Shown here piece after piece: positions 46,450 to 49,016 of a stretch of 49,016 bases of DNA. Under the pieces are notes generated by a model that saw only the letters and a program-made list of their open reading frames with translations, did no database searches and was not told where the DNA came from. The stretch's first letter is position 1. Each line of letters starts with the position of its first letter. A program made the position numbers and the translations under genes. Source of the stretch: Silvanigrellaceae bacterium (GTDB taxonomy: Bacteria; Bdellovibrionota_B; Oligoflexia; Silvanigrellales; Silvanigrellaceae); NCBI GenBank assembly GCA_049423385.1, contig JBMSQQ010000013.1, positions 1-49,016 of the forward strand, read 5' to 3'.

Positions 46450-47769
46450 ATGCCAGCAAAAATACGCTTTCATTTGGTATTTGCCCTGGCCATGGCTTAT
46501 TTCCTGACGAGTGGCTGCAAAAAGAACAGCAGCAATGAATGGACGGATTCAGACCTGCAGGCAATCTCTGCGTCCATCAATCCGGAGTCACCACCTCCAC
46601 AAAACATACTTGCCCGACTCTTGATGGACGAACGCGAAATTGCGCTGATGTTCGTGAATGCGTGGGCCGGGCGAGTCAATGCCACCGAAGGCAAGAATCC
46701 AAATTCCGTTCTCAATCAAGTCAGACGATTGTTCAATCCTGACCACATGAAGAAAATCAGCTTTCAGGAGGCCATATCCCGAACCAGAACTGAAGGATCG
46801 GGCACGCATGGTTCAGCAAAATCGGAGCGTCGCCCTCAAGATTCGCTTTATCATGCTCTGTGGAGTCGAATCGCCGACACCGCTGGAATTGCAGGATTCC
46901 CGCGATCCTCGAAACACATGAAACATTATCTTGCAAATTCGGGTCAGCCCATCCGCTATTCTTTCCCCGAGGTCGAAAGCATTTTGCAACAGAGCGAAAA
47001 AAGACGGCAGCCCGAACGTTCGCCGATTGAAGACCAATTCTTTTCCGAATTCATGAAAAAAAAGCTGCAATTGAGTGGCCTTGAATTGTCGAACTCTGAA
47101 CTATCCATGATAACGCGAATGAGCCAACGCGAATTGCCATCGTACATTGCCCGACTTCGCGTCTTCATAATGCTTGCTCAATTCACTCAGAAGAATGGAA
47201 TAAAATCTGCTACGCAGCTGCAAGTCAAACTGGAACAACTGAAGTCAAAAAACTTTCCGGCCAAATCAGCAGACGGAGATGGAGCATGGGTGCAATATCG
47301 TCCGATTGGAAAATATTATTCACTTGAACATTCAGAGCCGCACAGTGACCTTTTCTTTGCACTTGGCTCGTTTGCCGGAATCCATTCTGCAACTCCCATA
47401 GATGTCAGGGCAGAAGGCGAAACCTTGAAAATTCGATTTGCACAGACCACCTCAATCTATGACAAATACAACTGGGACGAAGGAAAATTTGTCACCCTCT
47501 GGTCGGGTTGGTGTTGGAAAATGAATTCAGACAATTGCTTTCAAATCGAATCCCTGACGTCGCTCACAGTCAGCGATCGATCCATTGGCAGACTTCACAA
47601 GCTTGGCATGGCACATGAATTCGAAATTTTTGGCAAGGGACCCATGAGCACCGTTTGGGATTCGATCAATTTCCGTGATCTGACCAACCCACAAAAGCAA
47701 AAAGTGTGGGACGCACTGGGCAAGGCTCTCGACGAATCACTGACGCCCCTCAGCGAAATTCCGGATTGA
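46450..47769 (+). CDS. Lipoprotein of unknown function (colicin-M-like motif order, see findings)
   Basis: Lipobox LTSGC followed by KK; 439 aa; AGGAAG SD. Confidence 0.75.
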   Translation: MPAKIRFHLVFALAMAYFLTSGCKKNSSNEWTDSDLQAISASINPESPPPQNILARLLMDEREIALMFVNAWAGRVNATEGKNPNSVLNQVRRLFNPDHMKKISFQEAISRTRTEGSGTHGSAKSERRPQDSLYHALWSRIADTAGIAGFPRSSKHMKHYLANSGQPIRYSFPEVESILQQSEKRRQPERSPIEDQFFSEFMKKKLQLSGLELSNSELSMITRMSQRELPSYIARLRVFIMLAQFTQKNGIKSATQLQVKLEQLKSKNFPAKSADGDGAWVQYRPIGKYYSLEHSEPHSDLFFALGSFAGIHSATPIDVRAEGETLKIRFAQTTSIYDKYNWDEGKFVTLWSGWCWKMNSDNCFQIESLTSLTVSDRSIGRLHKLGMAHEFEIFGKGPMSTVWDSINFRDLTNPQKQKVWDALGKALDESLTPLSEIPD

Positions 47770-47785
47770 AAAATTGAAATAATAT

Positions 47786-47835
47786 AAAAAGAAAACTCCC
47801 GTTGCGGAGCGGTATTTCGTCTGCAACGGAAGTTC
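47786..47835 (-). terminator. Terminator between the convergent lipoprotein genes
   Basis: Minus strand AACTTCCGTTGC...GCAACGGGAGTT followed by TTCTTTTT. Confidence 0.7.
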
Positions 47836-47850
47836 ATTGGTCGATTTTGA

Positions 47851-48456
47851 TTATTTGGAATTGGCCTTCAACAGCGGGATATTTTCAAGACCGCATCCTT
47901 CAAAGTAGAACGAACCGTTGAACGTCTGGCCCGTGACTGGATTGAGCAAAGTGAGGTTCAATCGCACAAAGTCAGCACCATCACCATTCCTGAATTCAAG
48001 ACTGACCAATTTATTGAGTTCAGTCTGACCTTCAGTGGAAACCGACACCATTTGATTTTGTGCTGCCTTCATCAAGGTGACTGTGCTTCCGCGTGCCATT
48101 CTAACGTTGATCGACTCAATCGCCGCGGATTTGCTTTCAAACAATCCCGAATGGACGTATTCACTTGAACCTTGGTTGTAGTGACCAGGAATCAATTGCC
48201 GAAGCGAAACTGCCGTGATTTGCTTCGTACCGGGTTTTGTCAGAACCGAAATGTCGAGTTCCCCCAAGACCGGGGTCTTTTTGTCAGCGCCGAGCCACTT
48301 CTCATTCATGACTCCCTTGCAACTCTTGATGACAGCAAAACGGCCGGGAGCTGCAGTGGAAGAAGAGCTCAGTATCGAATTGTCCTGTTGCTGATTTTGT
48401 CCACAAGCCACCAGAAACGGAACCACGAAGATTGCGGACAAGAATTTGCTTTTCAT
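47851..48456 (-). CDS. Beta-rich lipoprotein of unknown function
   Basis: GGAGG SD; MKSKFLSAIFVVPFLVAC lipobox. Confidence 0.8.
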   Translation of the reverse strand: MKSKFLSAIFVVPFLVACGQNQQQDNSILSSSSTAAPGRFAVIKSCKGVMNEKWLGADKKTPVLGELDISVLTKPGTKQITAVSLRQLIPGHYNQGSSEYVHSGLFESKSAAIESINVRMARGSTVTLMKAAQNQMVSVSTEGQTELNKLVSLEFRNGDGADFVRLNLTLLNPVTGQTFNGSFYFEGCGLENIPLLKANSK

Positions 48457-48699
48457 AAAACCTCCCAGCTCGAAAAACAGTAACTGAATCTTTGAATGGT
48501 TCTCCAGCCCTAGAAAGAAAGATGCCAAATATATCATTCTGAAATTACTAAAAAAAAACTACAACTGGGTGTAAAGAGTTTCGACAATGCATGAATTATC
48601 CGACGATCACTGTTCATCTGAGACCAGAATCCCAGTAGTGCCTCATGACAGAACCATCACGCTAAGAATCGTAATAGGGAAGCTCGTCCATCTGCGGGC

Positions 48700-48745
48700 A
48701 AAAAAAATGAGATCCCTGGGGAAAATTTCCACTTCAAGAATCTCA
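48700..48745 (-). terminator. Probable frr terminator
   Basis: Minus strand TGAGATTCTTG...CAGGGATCTCA (with G-U pairs) followed by a U tract. Confidence 0.6.
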
Positions 48746-48777
48746 ATCAACTCAAACGAAATGCTGAATTTGCAAAC

Positions 48778-49016
48778 TCACATCGAGAGGATTTCTTTTT
48801 CCTTTGCCGTGCAAAGTTCGTCGATCTTCTTGGTGTAGGTGTCAGTCAGCTTCTGGATTTCGTCATTGCTGCGCTTCACTTCATCTTCAGACCAACCGTG
48901 TTCCTTTTGAGCGGACTTGGATTTGGTGTTGCCTTCCTGGCGATGATGACGAACAGCGACCTTGGCATCTTCGCCAATCTTCTTGACCTGCTTCGCAATC
49001 TCCTTGCGGCGCTCTT
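48778..49016 (-). CDS. frr: Ribosome recycling factor, 3' part (missing from the ORF track because its start lies outside the window)
   Basis: Manual translation: ERRKEIAKQVKKIGEDAKVAVRHHRQEGN...WSEDEVKRSNDEIQKLTDTYTKKIDELCTAKEKEILSM*. Confidence 0.95.
   Translation of the reverse strand, partial: ERRKEIAKQVKKIGEDAKVAVRHHRQEGNTKSKSAQKEHGWSEDEVKRSNDEIQKLTDTYTKKIDELCTAKEKEILSM

Noticed and set aside
48509..48530. TGGCATCTTTCTTTCT on the minus strand as a sigma54 promoter for the last lipoprotein
   Set aside because: The -12 element reads TC instead of GC
1..49016. CRISPR arrays, tRNA/rRNA, SRP RNA near ffh, IS/integrase/phage genes
   Set aside because: No regularly spaced repeats, cloverleaf or SRP signatures, or mobile-element ORFs recognised by eye; a tRNA/Rfam scan would be needed to exclude small RNAs

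Overview
About 49 kb of moderately GC-rich bacterial chromosome, mostly core genes. The short 'MGLRIKxNV' flagellins, PilZ proteins, many orphan lipoproteins and a histone H1-like protein suggest a Bdellovibrionota/Oligoflexia-type organism (inference, no database search run). Recognisable blocks: a MotA-like operon at the left edge, aroE, dppABC plus an aminotransferase, tilS-ftsH-folP, a HAD hydrolase, htpX, a lipoprotein with a divergent AraC pair, two flagellins, rpoN-ptsN-rapZ-HPr-EI, trxA-rnhB, ffh-miaB-corA, etfBA, scpB, rpsB-tsf and an inverted, partial frr. I saw no rRNA, tRNA, CRISPR array, transposase or prophage. Best leads: (1) an RNA hairpin with compensatory stem changes shared by both flagellin leaders, plus GGA-loop hairpin arrays that look like Csr/Rsm sites in the flagellin and histone-like gene leaders; (2) a beta-barrel / TPR-lipoprotein / MotA-like operon outside any flagellar cluster, with a terminator-like hairpin on its start codon; (3) a ~909-aa protein that looks like a dead M1 peptidase fused to an Omp85-like barrel, followed by a pseudo-receiver-PilZ protein and a Cys-rich lipoprotein; (4) a lipoprotein with colicin-M-like motif order at the break in the rpsB-tsf-pyrH-frr operon; (5) a near-consensus sigma54 promoter ahead of an 81-aa orphan; (6) an orphan ending in an SspB-like ClpX-docking tail. 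All family assignments come from motif recognition by eye.
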